Shown here in pieces: positions 24,312 to 36,443 of a stretch of 64,000 nucleotides of DNA (its first letter is position 1; each line of letters opens with the position of its first letter). Origin of the DNA: Epithemia pelagica (lineage: Eukaryota; Protista; Bacillariophyta); NCBI GenBank assembly GCA_946965045.2, contig OX337232.1:310001-374000 (forward strand). Direction: 5' to 3'. The notes below the pieces were generated by a model. The model was given only the letters and a program-made list of their open reading frames with translations. It did not search any database and had not been told where the DNA came from. Made by a program: the position numbers and the translations under genes.

Positions 24312-24887
24312 AACAGCATTCCCTATCAAGAAGAGTTGTACCAATACAATGATTCCGTATGGGGTGTCGAAAAGAAACGCCTGGTAGAGTCTGGTGAAAA
24401 TCCCTGTGGGACAGTTCCAGTTGCCTATACAGAGGATGGCCATCATTTGAGCCAGCACATTGCCATGGCTCGGTACTTTGCCCGTATCAACCAGTTGGAT
24501 TCGGGAGATGCCTGGAAGGATTACGCCCAAGATGTCATTGCCGATGAATATCAGGGATTCCGCAATATCTGGGTCGAAAAGTCTTTTGCAAGCGCGGAGG
24601 AGCAAAAGGCGGAATATGTCTCCAAGACTGTACCCGAGCTATTGACCAAGTTTGAGGCCCTGTACAAAAAATACAAGACGACGGACAAGGATCAAGGATC
24701 AAGCATATTTGAGCACCGGGGAGATACAGCCATGTTTAGCATTTTGTACGATCACATTCAATTGGGTCACTTTACGGAAGAAACGTTAACGTCCTCGTAC
24801 CCGCACTTATCCGCCTTGTACAAAGTATTCATGGCCATTCCAGCTGTCGCAGAATGGATCCAACGCAAAACACCATCTACAAACTAA
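24312..24887 (+). pseudogene. 5'-truncated GST copy
   Basis: Lacks the first ~28 codons and has no upstream ATG; carries a +7 duplication and a -22 deletion. Confidence 0.8.
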
Positions 24888-25574
24888 GATGAAATGTTTA
24901 TAGAGAGAATAAATAATGAATCGTCTGATTCATTGTAGAAATAAACAAATAAAATAGCATTACTGAGACTGTCTCGAGGGCGTAGGAGTCGAGAGATTAT
25001 CCAATGGCCCTATGTAGTAGTCTTGAGAGTGAATATCAGTGCCGTCACATATTCGTTGTTGGCATCCAAATGCGGACTCCATCATATATATTTCATGCAA
25101 GCTACTACCAAAGTTCGAACTCCCAACAACAACATACAATGGATCGAGGGAGGTTGGATTGGGTTGGAACCCCAAATGGAATCCCTCGTAGCTTTCTGTA
25201 GTATAGTTTTAAACTAAACCAATGGGGATTTCTACGGTCTTTATAACGATTCGTTCTAGTAGCAAGCGATCCCACAATTAGAACCAGCCGACCATGCTCA
25301 CAGTGATCAATTCATGATGGTGCTGTTGCCCCCCTGGTTGTGCTTGTTGTTGCCGCAACAAGGTGGATGTCAGGTCCCATTCACACGATACTGGGAAGAG
25401 ATTGCCATTCGCTTCTTCTTGTGCACCCAACAAAGTCCTATGCTTCAATTCTTTGCACTAATCGTTATATCTCTTCTATTTTATTCAGTTGGAGGCCAAT
25501 GCGTCTATTCCCATAGTTTCCCGTCGTACGTCCCAAAACCCCATTTGTTCTGCCATGGTCTCGACGTAGGACTT

Positions 25575-26228
25575 TTACGTCAGCCAAGGCAAAGAGCTTC
25601 CCTGTTCGGCCGCCGTCTGCTTCTTGAGCCAAGCTACAGCCCCATCGTTCAATGGATTAGTGCGTTGATTGGTACTCATAGACAGGCTTTTAGGAGTCAC
25701 ACCTTTCTTTGCATCAATCAATGCTTGGATATCATGTTTTTTCTTTTCGGTATTGGTCTCCAGTTTCTTGAGTTCCAGTTGAAAGATTTCTTCGCTTTCT
25801 TTCAAGCTGGTTTGAAAGATTTCTTCTCTTTCTTTCAGTTCCAATTGAAAGATTCGGTCCTCCATGCGCATAGTTCGGTCTTCCATGCGCATAGCATCCA
25901 TCTTAATGTTTGCCATATATGCAATGCCCAAAGGTACAACTGCAGAAATTGCAACAGAAATCGCAGCAATCGTATTTGCCGTGCCAGCTTTGTCAACAGA
26001 CTGTTGGGCTGCCTCGACAGTCGCCACTTGGAGCTCTTCGGCGTTCATATCGGACGGCTGTTTCGGATCTTTGTCAGAGTTCTCAGAGTTCGTACTACAA
26101 AGACAGAAGTTTTTGTAAGAAATCTGGGCCCTCAAAGGACGGGTCGGCGAGAATGCCACCGTCGCTTTTACAGAAAGAAGCACGGCAATCAGCAAGCTTC
26201 CCAACAAGCAACACCATTTGTCTCTCAT
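25575..26228 (-). CDS. Gene X copy 2
   Basis: Protein identical to copy 1 in the ORF track. Confidence 0.7.
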   Translation of the reverse strand: MRDKWCCLLGSLLIAVLLSVKATVAFSPTRPLRAQISYKNFCLCSTNSENSDKDPKQPSDMNAEELQVATVEAAQQSVDKAGTANTIAAISVAISAVVPLGIAYMANIKMDAMRMEDRTMRMEDRIFQLELKEREEIFQTSLKESEEIFQLELKKLETNTEKKKHDIQALIDAKKGVTPKSLSMSTNQRTNPLNDGAVAWLKKQTAAEQGSSLPWLT

Positions 26229-26774
26229 TTTGCTAAAGAAGGGACACAAACAATTCAATTGATCAGAATTTCTTTTTTAATTTGCACCGCTATTCTCGGC
26301 GACAGACGTTAATCTCAAGAAATGGCGACAACTACGGTGGGTTGAAAGAGAGAAGAGAGACTCAGAGCTCAGAGGATTGTCGGTGGAAATCGCCACGTCA
26401 GTGTGTTCGAGCTGAACAACTCGTATTTTTGCGCGACCAAGAACTAGTCGAGATAAGCCCCTTTCTGGGAGGCACACTTCCTATTGGTTGGAGAGATTGG
26501 AGATGGTCTGACTCAGCGTCAGGTTTGAGGGAAGGTAGGTGGTGGGGGTGCTAGTGGTAGGAGGTAGGTCAAAATGTCCCCGTGGGAATGATCCCATCTA
26601 CCTCCCTGGTCCCCGTCTATAAAAATCGTGACAGGAACCGGTCTAATAGGTTTACGGTTTACATGCGTGTGAAGTGTCTCCTGTCCCCGTGGGAGAACCA
26701 ACTGCCAGGTTAGATAGACTCCCATGTATTCCCGTGCACGGGAATAGGGCACGATATTGTCTAGGAGTACTTCT

Positions 26775-27350
26775 AACAGCATTCCCTATCAAGAAGAGTT
26801 GTACCAATACAATGATTCCGTATGGGGTGTCGAAAAGAAACGCCTGGTAGAGTCTGGTGAAAATCCCTGTGGGACAGTTCCAGTTGCCTATACAGAGGAT
26901 GGCCATCATTTGAGCCAGCACATTGCCATGGCTCGGTACTTTGCCCGTATCAACCAGTTGGATTCGGGAGATGCCTGGAAGGATTACGCCCAAGATGTCA
27001 TTGCCGATGAATATCAGGGATGCCGCAATATCTGGGTCGAAAAGTCTTTTGCAAGCGCGGAGGAGCAAAAGGCGGAATATGTCTCCAAGACTGTACCCGA
27101 GCTATTGACCAAGTTTGAGGCCCTGTACAAAAAATACAAGACGACGGACAAGGATCAAGGATCAAGCATATTTGAGCACCGGGGAGATACAGCCATGTTT
27201 AGCATTTTGTACGATCACATTCAATTGGGTCACTTTACGGAAGAAACGTTAACGTCCTCGTACCCGCACTTATCCGCCTTGTACAAAGTATTCATGGCCA
27301 TTCCAGCTGTCGCAGAATGGATCCAACGCAAAACACCATCTACAAACTAA
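26775..27350 (+). pseudogene. 5'-truncated GST copy
   Basis: Same as 24312-24887 apart from an F>C change. Confidence 0.8.
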
Positions 27351-28037
27351 GATGAAATGTTTATAGAGAGAATAAATAATGAATCGTCTGATTCATTGTA
27401 GAAATAAACAAATAAAATAGCATTACTGAGACTGTCTCGAGGGCGTAGGAGTCGAGAGATTATCCAATGGCCCTATGTAGTAGTCTTGAGAGTGAATATC
27501 AGTGCCGTCACATATTCGTTGTTGGCATCCAAATGCGGACTCCATCATATATATTTCATGCAAGCTACTACCAAAGTTCGAACTCCCAACAACAACATAC
27601 AATGGATCGAGGGAGGTTGGATTGGGTTGGAACCCCAAATGGAATCCCTCGTAGCTTTCTGTAGTATAGTTTTAAACTAAACCAATGGGGATTTCTACGG
27701 TCTTTATAACGATTCGTTCTAGTAGCAAGCGATCCCACAATTAGAACCAGCCGACCATGCTCACAGTGATCAATTCATGATGGTGCTGTTGCCCCCCTGG
27801 TTGTGCTTGTTGTTGCCGCAACAAGGTGGATGTCAGGTCCCATTCACACGATACTGGGAAGAGATTGCCATTCGCTTCTTCTTGTGCACCCAACAAAGTC
27901 CTATGCTTCAATTCTTTGCACTAATCGTTATATCTCTTCTATTTTATTCAGTTGGAGGCCAATGCGTCTATTCCCATAGTTTCCCGTCGTACGTCCCAAA
28001 ACCCCATTTGTTCTGCCATGGTCTCGACGTAGGACTT

Positions 28038-28691
28038 TTACGTCAGCCAAGGCAAAGAGCTTCCCTGTTCGGCCGCCGTCTGCTTCTTGAGCCAAGCTAC
28101 AGCCCCATCGTTCAATGGATTAGTGCGTTGATTGGTACTCATAGACAGGCTTTTAGGAGTCACACCTTTCTTTGCATCAATCAATGCTTGGATATCATGT
28201 TTTTTCTTTTCGGTATTGGTCTCCAGTTTCTTGAGTTCCAGTTGAAAGATTTCTTCGCTTTCTTTCAAGCTGGTTTGAAAGATTTCTTCTCTTTCTTTCA
28301 GTTCCAATTGAAAGATTCGGTCCTCCATGCGCATAGTTCGGTCTTCCATGCGCATAGCATCCATCTTAATGTTTGCCATATATGCAATGCCCAAAGGTAC
28401 AACTGCAGAAATTGCAACAGAAATCGCAGCAATCGTATTTGCCGTGCCAGCTTTGTCAACAGACTGTTGGGCTGCCTCGACAGTCGCCACTTGGAGCTCT
28501 TCGGCGTTCATATCGGACGGCTGTTTCGGATCTTTGTCAGAGTTCTCAGAGTTCGTACTACAAAGACAGAAGTTTTTGTAAGAAATCTGGGCCCTCAAAG
28601 GACGGGTCGGCGAGAATGCCACCGTCGCTTTTACAGAAAGAAGCACGGCAATCAGCAAGCTTCCCAACAAGCAACACCATTTGTCTCTCAT
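28038..28691 (-). CDS. Gene X copy 3
   Basis: Protein identical to copy 1 in the ORF track. Confidence 0.7.
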   Translation of the reverse strand: MRDKWCCLLGSLLIAVLLSVKATVAFSPTRPLRAQISYKNFCLCSTNSENSDKDPKQPSDMNAEELQVATVEAAQQSVDKAGTANTIAAISVAISAVVPLGIAYMANIKMDAMRMEDRTMRMEDRIFQLELKEREEIFQTSLKESEEIFQLELKKLETNTEKKKHDIQALIDAKKGVTPKSLSMSTNQRTNPLNDGAVAWLKKQTAAEQGSSLPWLT

Positions 28692-29184
28692 TTTGCTAAA
28701 GAAGGGACACAAACAATTCAATTGATCAGAATTTCTTTTTTAATTTGCACCGCTATTCTCGGCGACAGACGTTAATCTCAAGAAATGGCGACAACAACGG
28801 TGGGTTGAAAGAGAGAAGAGAGACTCAGAGCTCAGAGGATTGTCGGTGGAAATCGCCACGTCAGTGTGTTCGAGCTGAACAACTCGTATTTTTGCGCGAC
28901 CAAGAACTAGTCGAGATAAGCCCCTTTCTGGGAGGCACACTTCCTATTGGTTGGAGAGATTGGAGATGGTCTGACTCAGCGTCAGGTTTGAGGGAAGGTA
29001 GGTGGTGGGGGTGCTAGTGGTAGGAGGTAGGTCAAAATGTCCCCGTGGGAATGATCCCATCTACCTCCCTGGTCCCCGTCTATAAAAATCGTGACAGGAA
29101 CCGGTCTAATAGGTTTAAGGTTTACATGCGTGTGAAGTGTCTCCTGTCCCCGTGGGAGAACCGACTGCCAGGTTAGATAGACTC

Positions 29185-29714
29185 TTGTTGTTGTTGTTGT
29201 TGTTGTTGTTGTTACCCCACCACCTCGACAAAGTCGAGTTGGGGCAATTTCAACCAGGGCAAGGGATCTTGTTGCACGGCCCGATCCTGGTCGTCCAACA
29301 GTGGCCGAAATGCGGAATTGGAATAGCCACGACCATCTTGTAAAAAGGCCCCCAATCCTTGATCGCCCTCCAATTGTTTGTTAATGAGACCTTGGGCCGT
29401 ACTGCCAATCCCCAAGGCCAAGACTACCAGGAACCACGGAGAGATGCTGTCCAGGGTAATGATTGGATCCATGGAAGACGAAGAAGCATCGTCCAATAGA
29501 TTGCAAACCACACGAAACGAGTTTTTCGGAAAGAGGCCGAAGGGCAACAAACAGAAACAGGGGGTCGACGACGGGTTGTTGTTGTGGTTGTTGTGGGGCC
29601 AACGGCGGTTCCTCGTGTGGAAGAAGGAACGACGACCGGGACGGAAAACGCGTGGACCGAGGCACCCGCCAACAAGCGCCAAAAGACGCCGACGCCGAGA
29701 AATGATGACACCAT
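29185..29714 (-). pseudogene. Truncated, frameshifted copy of gene Y (intact at 55393-56085)
   Basis: Frameshift near 29590; CAA>TAA after VEVVG; ends in (TTG)9 at the array junction. Confidence 0.8.
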
Positions 29715-30778
29715 GACCAACGGGTTGGCAAGACGACGCATGGTTGGAGAGTTTCTCTGTGTTTGCCAGTTCTATCGTACGCCTCTATCTTATAGGCACC
29801 ACAACGCTGATGGCAAGTGCGTGCTCTTCACGATATACGGATATTGTCTTAGTCTCGCTAGGAAGGAACGCCGCCATGGTGGACTTCAACCCAAGATCCA
29901 ACGATTGGGTGTGTTCACGAACGGGACCAGGAGCAAAGCTTCAAGCGTCCGGTTTAAGATACAAGTTTAATTCTTATTATTCGGAGGCCGCTTCTGACCG
30001 CTCAAAGAGTATGCAATAGCTTTTCAGTCGCGCGAAACCAATGGTACTTTCAGTTCTACAGTGCTATGTTTTGTACTAGTCGATGCTACTCAAACGAATG
30101 ATCGGTCTCGACGTCAGGCATTACGTACAACAGCGTCCTCTCCGGAACACGAATGAGAATTGCGCAGTTAGATGATCCCAGCAGGTGATGGCCCGTGCAG
30201 GGTGTTGAAGTTACAAAATAAAGATACAAACTCAACTTTTGACTTAAAGCGTACTCTTAGCAGAGATAACAATTCAACTTCACCTTCTCAATTCAAAAAA
30301 TGACTCTGTCTAACTTGAATATCTCTTGATTAGTCAATTATGCACATTCCACGAAAGAACTTCAAACTTTAAGTCAATCTCAGTATTTTCCCAACTTGAA
30401 TTCAACTTATTACTCAAATTGATCCCGTTCCTAGTAACTTTATTGTACAACTAAAATTCGAATTTGAAACGTCTCAACTCGACTTCCCTATTTTAAGTCA
30501 TATTCTTTTCATAGCCGACTTAAATTCATGAAATAAGTCGACCCACAGAAAAGTCTGACTTGACTTTGTAAAGCGACTTAAGTCGGAAAAACGACTTATT
30601 TGGAGCTACAAGTTCGATTTAACTGTCCGACTTTTCGATAAAACTTAGTCGCAACCACCCAACCACGCCTTAGGCAGCATCACTCATCACTCACTCCCAA
30701 CTCCCACCTCTCTCTCATACCTCGTACTCTCATAGCACCTCTCCCTCACCCATCATCAACATACATGCACAATACACC

Positions 30779-32527
30779 ATGAAGATTATTGTTAACGGTC
30801 ACCTTGAACCAGATCATTACCTTTCCCAAGTTCCATTGTCGCTATTACAACGGATTCTTAAACCAGAAGCTCGACTTGAAACCATCGAAATCCACCTTCA
30901 TGTGAATGCGTGGTTGACGGACGTTGGAGGTTCATTAGCAGTCAAGAAAGGACACGGACTCAATTGCCGTTGTATACACGGGAGGTGTGTTTTATGTCGA
31001 CCGTTCACAACATCACAAGCTACGACTGTGATTGTAAACCTTCTTGACCGTCACCTCCGAATGAATATACCCTTCAATACCTCGAGTGACAATTGCATCG
31101 ATAAAGAAACACTTGAGCTGACAACGAACTTCAAAGTCCATATTTTGCACATCAACCAAAATGAAGCATTTTCAGAATGTTGTAAATTTGTTTCCTCAAA
31201 TTTGGTTCATTCCATAACTCCAAAGCATTCAGTGCGTCCATTCGTTCGCTGCTGGTTCATCCGTACCAGGACAACGACGCAATTCCATTTCATGAACCAC
31301 CCAACATGTTCCTTGACGAACAAATCAATTCCAATACACATTATCCTCAGTTTTATTGAGCTCTACATCAAGTCTCATTATCCTACTTCAATCTCAACAA
31401 CAGTCGAGACCAAATCTGTGGACTCTGCCATCACACCTACGGACAACAAAGAAACACCGTCAGTCAACTCTGAACCCACACCCAATCCTCTCCATGTTGT
31501 CACACCACTCCCCAACTTGTCACTGGCTATTCCGAGTAAGAGTCATTCCCACCAACTCAGAAAATCCCAACACCGACCCTTGAATCCATTTCTACGCCGC
31601 AATACACGACGAACTATTGCCCAGAAGACACAACTCCTACTATCTGGCTCCTCTGCAAAGCAAACAATCAACTACTATGACGTCTCCACGCGTCATATAC
31701 CTGGAACAACACCCAAATATTCGCCAATGACGAATATCAAATTCCCAACATCACAAAGGCAATTTACGGACACAACCAGAGAGTCACTCCTTTCTATATA
31801 CAACGATCTCTGTGCTTTTCATTTGTCACTGGTATGTCAAGATGAATTTTCAATGCCCCGTGATTCATGGGAGCAATGGATCGATCTCTCTTTTGAAGAA
31901 GATGATGGAACATACGACCGAGCCTTTATGTGTCTCATTGTAATCATAATGAGCTCAAGTACGTCAGACCAACAACTATCTTTGCTTGTTCCCCGGCTAT
32001 TCTTTGCTGGGTTGACGTCCGCTACTGCCGTGATGGATTTCGTCTCTTTATACGGGATGAACGTGCTTTGTTCGTTATTGACGTCCACTGGCCGGTTCTA
32101 TCAGAATGCGGAACGAATAACGAACGCAGCTGATCATTTTATTCAAAAACACAACGGCAGGATTCCTTCCGACATTTCGGTTATCGAACTCGCTTCATTA
32201 TTTGGCATTGGCTACTAGACAGCCAACATTGTCGTTACTTATGCATTCGAAAGAGTGGACGGTATTCCGTCCGATATCCACGTTATACGATGGGCCAATC
32301 ATCTTAATTGGGTCCCCAAAACTTGCAGAGATGGATTTGAATGCTCAAAGTACATTGAGTCATGGCTGCCCGTCGATAAATGGGGTTCAGTCAACCCTAC
32401 TTTTGGGTCGCTTGGACAAATGATTAACACACGCAACTCCAAGCTAATGGATGTACTACATTCAGAGATTGTCTCACCCAATGTGAGAAAATGTGTTTCT
32501 CAAATCCTCAAGGAATATGGTCGCTAA
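30779..32527 (+). pseudogene. Endonuclease III-like (HhH-GPD DNA glycosylase/AP lyase) cargo gene with a long unknown N-terminus; one in-frame TAG at 32216-32218
   Basis: FMCLIVIIMSSSTSD...HNGRIPSD...LASLFGIGY*TANIVVTYAF...GIPSDIHVIRW...IESWLPVDKWGSVNPTFGSLGQ aligns with Nth HNGEVPED...LEALPGVGRKTANVVLNTAF...IAVDTHIFRV. The frame continues past the TAG; there is no C-terminal Fe-S Cys motif. Confidence 0.88.
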
Positions 32528-32586
32528 TTGTCACTACTAAGTATTATTTCCTAACTGTGGTTCATTGTCTTCCTTTCTTTGTTTTT

Positions 32587-32861
32587 CTTGTCGTTCTTAT
32601 TCTGATTGTAGTTAGTGTAAGTTGTCATTCTTTTTTTGTTTCTTGTCGTTCTTATTCTGATTGTGATTGTTGTTTGCTGTCTTTCGTTCTTGGATTCTTG
32701 TCGTTCTTATTCTGGTGGTAATTGTTGTTCGCTGTCTTTCTTTCTTTGATTCTTGTCGTTCTTATTCTGGTTTTGATTGTGTTTCCTTGTCTTTCTTTCT
32801 TTGATTCCTGTCGTTCTTATTCTGGTTGTGATTGTGTTTCCTTGTCTTTCTTTTTTCGTGG
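32587..32861. repeat. 55-bp tandem repeat x5 spanning the transposase stop codon
   Basis: The core c[t/c]tgtcgttcttattctg starts at 32587, 32642, 32697, 32752 and 32807. Confidence 0.9.
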
Positions 32862-35800
32862 AGAAGTACGACGTTGGACAGCTTCTCCTCCAGCTTCGCT
32901 TGACGATGCAATGGGAGGGTCCTTCCTCTTCCGAGATGACTTGGAACCAGTCTTGGAACCACGGGTGGTGGATGCCGTTGCCGTCAAACCAACCATTGAA
33001 GCATCTGCGCTTGTTGAATCCGTATTCACCACCAGATGCTCTTTCAACATTTCAACCAACAGGTCATCGTCATCCATGGCTTCGTCCGTACCTGTGACAG
33101 CTTCTTTGCTTCCTCCAGTCAAATCGATAAACTCGATGGTATCTGCAAAATCCATGTCTTCCTCTGTCGGTTCTTTTTTATTATCACTTGACTCTTTGAG
33201 AAACCCATATTCAGGCATGTCTTCCGGTCCTGCTTGCACGGTCTTGTTCATGTAGTCCCTCAATACTCCAACTGTGGACAGCATCGTGTCAACTTGTAGT
33301 CCGTCAGTTCCGTCGCAAGGCACTTGAACCGATGATCCATTTCGCGATTCACTAGTGGTGCGAGTTGTCACAGACGCCATTGCTGTCCCATTGGTTGCTG
33401 TCCCATTGGTTGCTGTCCCATTGCTATCGGCCTGCTGGGATTGTCGGGGTCCTTGTGCACCAACACTCTCTGTGGGACCTGTCTCACGTCCTCGAGATGC
33501 ATCCGTGTTGTTGGACCGAGCAGGAAGTTTCTTATCGCCATCCTCAAAATGAAGCACAGGTTGCTTTTTTCGTAACTCCTCCTCAGCGACAAGAATTTTT
33601 TTTACGACAGGCCGAGTCACATACCCCAAAGTCCGCATTTGAAAGTTGCTTGCCGACTCTCTGTTCATTAGGGGGTTATTGTCGAACCAAGACGAGGATG
33701 AAAACACCCTCTCCTGAAAAGCATTGGTAGCTGGCTTGCCGAGCCAAACAAGAGAGGTTACAAACACATGGGGAAACGTATTCTTGTTGGCTTCCCACCA
33801 TCCCAATACGTCAAAATATTTCCCAACCGACATGAAGTCGTCCTTGGCACATTGTTGTGCGAACCAGGCCTTCGTTGCACCATTCCAATCCGTGAACTGT
33901 TCCAGATACAAGTTGGTTGGGTGCCTGTTAATGAGATCTGCCCATCGCCCACGAACCTTCTTCTCGCAATGCTTCTTGTATTCCTGATATTCCTCTATGA
34001 GTTCCTTCTCTAATTTCTTTTTACGTTCAGCCTCTCTTGCTTGTGGATTTAGTTCATCTTCATTGTTGTTGGTCACTGAACTATCGTCATCCGAGTCTCC
34101 CAAAGCGAGTTCATCAAAGATGTCGAACTCATCAGCAACAGCACCAACAGTCGTCACTTCAGGTCCATGTTCCGCAGTTTCGGCAGTGGTTCCGTCCGTC
34201 GCGTTGTTCTGGTTGTTCTGGTTGTCGTGGTTGTCTGCAGGAGTTTGGTCATCACTACCCGCACTTTCTTGATTGGGGACTGGTAATGGATAGTAGAATT
34301 TATCCATCATATCGGCGACGAAGTGGCCTTGGATTCTAGCAAAGTCCACGTCCGAGAAAATTCCCATCTTCTTGAATAGCTTTGGACGCCATCCACAGAG
34401 GAATGGGTTGCCAATCATGGCCTTCTCGGCGTCCTCATCCTTCTCCTCCATCATATAGAACCTATATTCACGCAAAATGCGTTGAATAAGGTTCTGTGTG
34501 GGCTCCTCAAGTAGCGCATGGCTGACCTGATGCCGTTTCTTCTGCTGGAGAGCAGCCATTGTGGAACTTGCATCCCAAGGTGTAGATTTTGTATCGAGGA
34601 CTTGGATGCCCTTCTTTGTCATTTGTTCAACACAGTGCTTGGATAGGAATATTTCGAGCAAAGAAGCGGATGCAGCGGAAGGGTTGTCCGTTTGGAGAGT
34701 CATTCCGCATTTCTGGACCGGGTTGAGAACTGCTTCATATTCGATTAGTTGGTCCCACTGTTCAAGAGTCAGATATTTTGCCTTGAATTCCGGGTCGTTA
34801 ACAAGGGAGGATGAAGCGTAATCATCCATTACAAACTTGTTCCGGATGAGGCCGTGTATCATAATGATACATGAGCCGATTCGAGTGGCATTGGGAATGG
34901 GGATTTCAATAATCACGCGTCCATTCTTCATTGCCCACTGACGAAGTTTTTCGAATCGACTACGTTTCTTGCTTGACATAAGCCAGGACGCAAATATATG
35001 CACGACTTTGTAGAGTTCGGTGAACTCTTTGTTCTCGTCGATTACCACTTTTCCTCGACGGCGAACAGCCTGCCCTGTGGCATGCTTCATTATAAGTTCG
35101 GCACGGTGCATGTCACACTTGCCTCCCTTGTTCGAACCAACAATGTATTTGCTCGCCAATATAGCTGAGTTTGTGTTATCGTTGATTGCTGCTGCAACAT
35201 CATCCTTAGTGAAACCAATGGTCAGAAGCAAAGACTCGGTATGTGTTGCAATTTGGACGGCTGTGTGTCCTTTGGTTTCGACAAGACCAATAGGGATGCG
35301 GTAGGAGTTGCAATTCCGAGGATTGACAAAGAACAGAGTTACGCCCAGCACGTCCTTTTTTTATCCTTGCCATATGTCATGGGCGATACTCGCTTAAGGG
35401 ATGGGGTGACCACAGAGTCTTCGGTAGTGGTCACGGATCTTGTTTCCAAGTTGTGACACGACGACAAGAACGTTGTTGTAGGAGTCAATGCGCAATCTGG
35501 TCATTGCACGATTGCTTATCGCACAATCATGTGAGTTCAACATCGTAGAATGTGTCGCCGCAAACTCTAACAGTGACCGGAAAGACTCTTTCTCTACCGT
35601 CCGTGAGGGAAAGCCACAATCATTGACAAACTCATAGATTTTCTGGTGGAAAAGGTTCCGAGTGTCAGCTTTGGTAATAGTATTGGGCATGAAAGTCAGA
35701 AGTTTTTTCTGATTGTTGTTTTCCAATATGGCATCTTCACGAGATTTCTCCCTAACTTCAAGGGGGTGAAAACGAAGGCGGTGTTGTTGTATGTTAGACG

Positions 35801-36443
35801 ATACTTTTTGATGTCCATGCATGATTACTGCATCAAAGAGACTTCGCTCTTTATTTGCAAAGCATTTCAGACAGATGGTCAAGCGTTTAGCAATGTTGTG
35901 AAAATTCTTGTCTTTTGGGTCCTTTTCACCTTCTTTTAGAACCTTGAAACAACGTTCTAAGCCGGGTGAATTACTGACATCTGGTTTGTGTTCGTCCTTG
36001 TACTTTTTGAGTTTCGCCCAGTTGATGTGACTCACTAGTCCCCATAGAGAGCCCTTGAGGTTCTTGAAGATTGTTTTTGGAGCAGGTTTGAACTTGATTG
36101 GTCGTTTTTCTTCCTTGTATCGTTCGAGGACCTCTGCACTTAGGGACGTTCCTTGCTGTTGACTGTTCGTGGCTTCTTGGTTCAAAGTTCCATTGGTGGC
36201 ATCTTGATTGTTGGTGGCATCCTGGTTGTTGGTGGCATCCTGGTTGTCGGTGGCTTCCTGGTTGTTGGTGGCATCCTGATTCGTCGACTCGTTGGTGGAG
36301 GTATTGGTGACGGAGGGAGGGTTTTCTGTTGGAGGGTTGGCCATGGGATCGGAAGAAGGGTTTGTCGTCCAGTTGGACTCGGATATTGGGGAGATTGATG
36401 ATATGCTGCCAGAGGATGAGGTTTGTGTAACTACTGGTATCAT
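32817..36443 (-). pseudogene. hAT transposase, one reading frame of about 1208 codons with two in-frame TAA stops (35394-96, 35361-63)
   Basis: BED finger CLKC...HRLRFH; PSRTVEKESFRSLL; catalytic HDIW; INDNTNS; CDMH; NATRIGS; dimerization domain WWEANKNTFPH...KPATNAFQERVFSS. Confidence 0.92.

Larger units (their letters stand above)
22425..29184. repeat. Head-to-tail tandem array with a 2463-bp period (about 2.7 units: spacer + gene X + 5'-truncated GST)
   Basis: GST stops at 22424, 24887 and 27350; gene X ends at 23112, 25575 and 28038; only a few SNPs between units. Confidence 0.95.

Noticed and set aside
32587-32861. CRISPR-like look (18-bp core + 37-bp spacers)
   Set aside because: The spacers are homologous to each other, there are no cas genes and the context is eukaryotic. 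It is a 55-bp tandem repeat.
35355-35389. A GT...AG mini-intron removing the transposase stops
   Set aside because: It is only 35 nt, would not remove the first TAA, and would delete the catalytic Asp.
30779-36443. Variant genetic code (TAA/TAG as sense) in the hAT
   Set aside because: Both genes also end in TAA at plausible C-termini, and there are only three internal stops in about 1790 codons.
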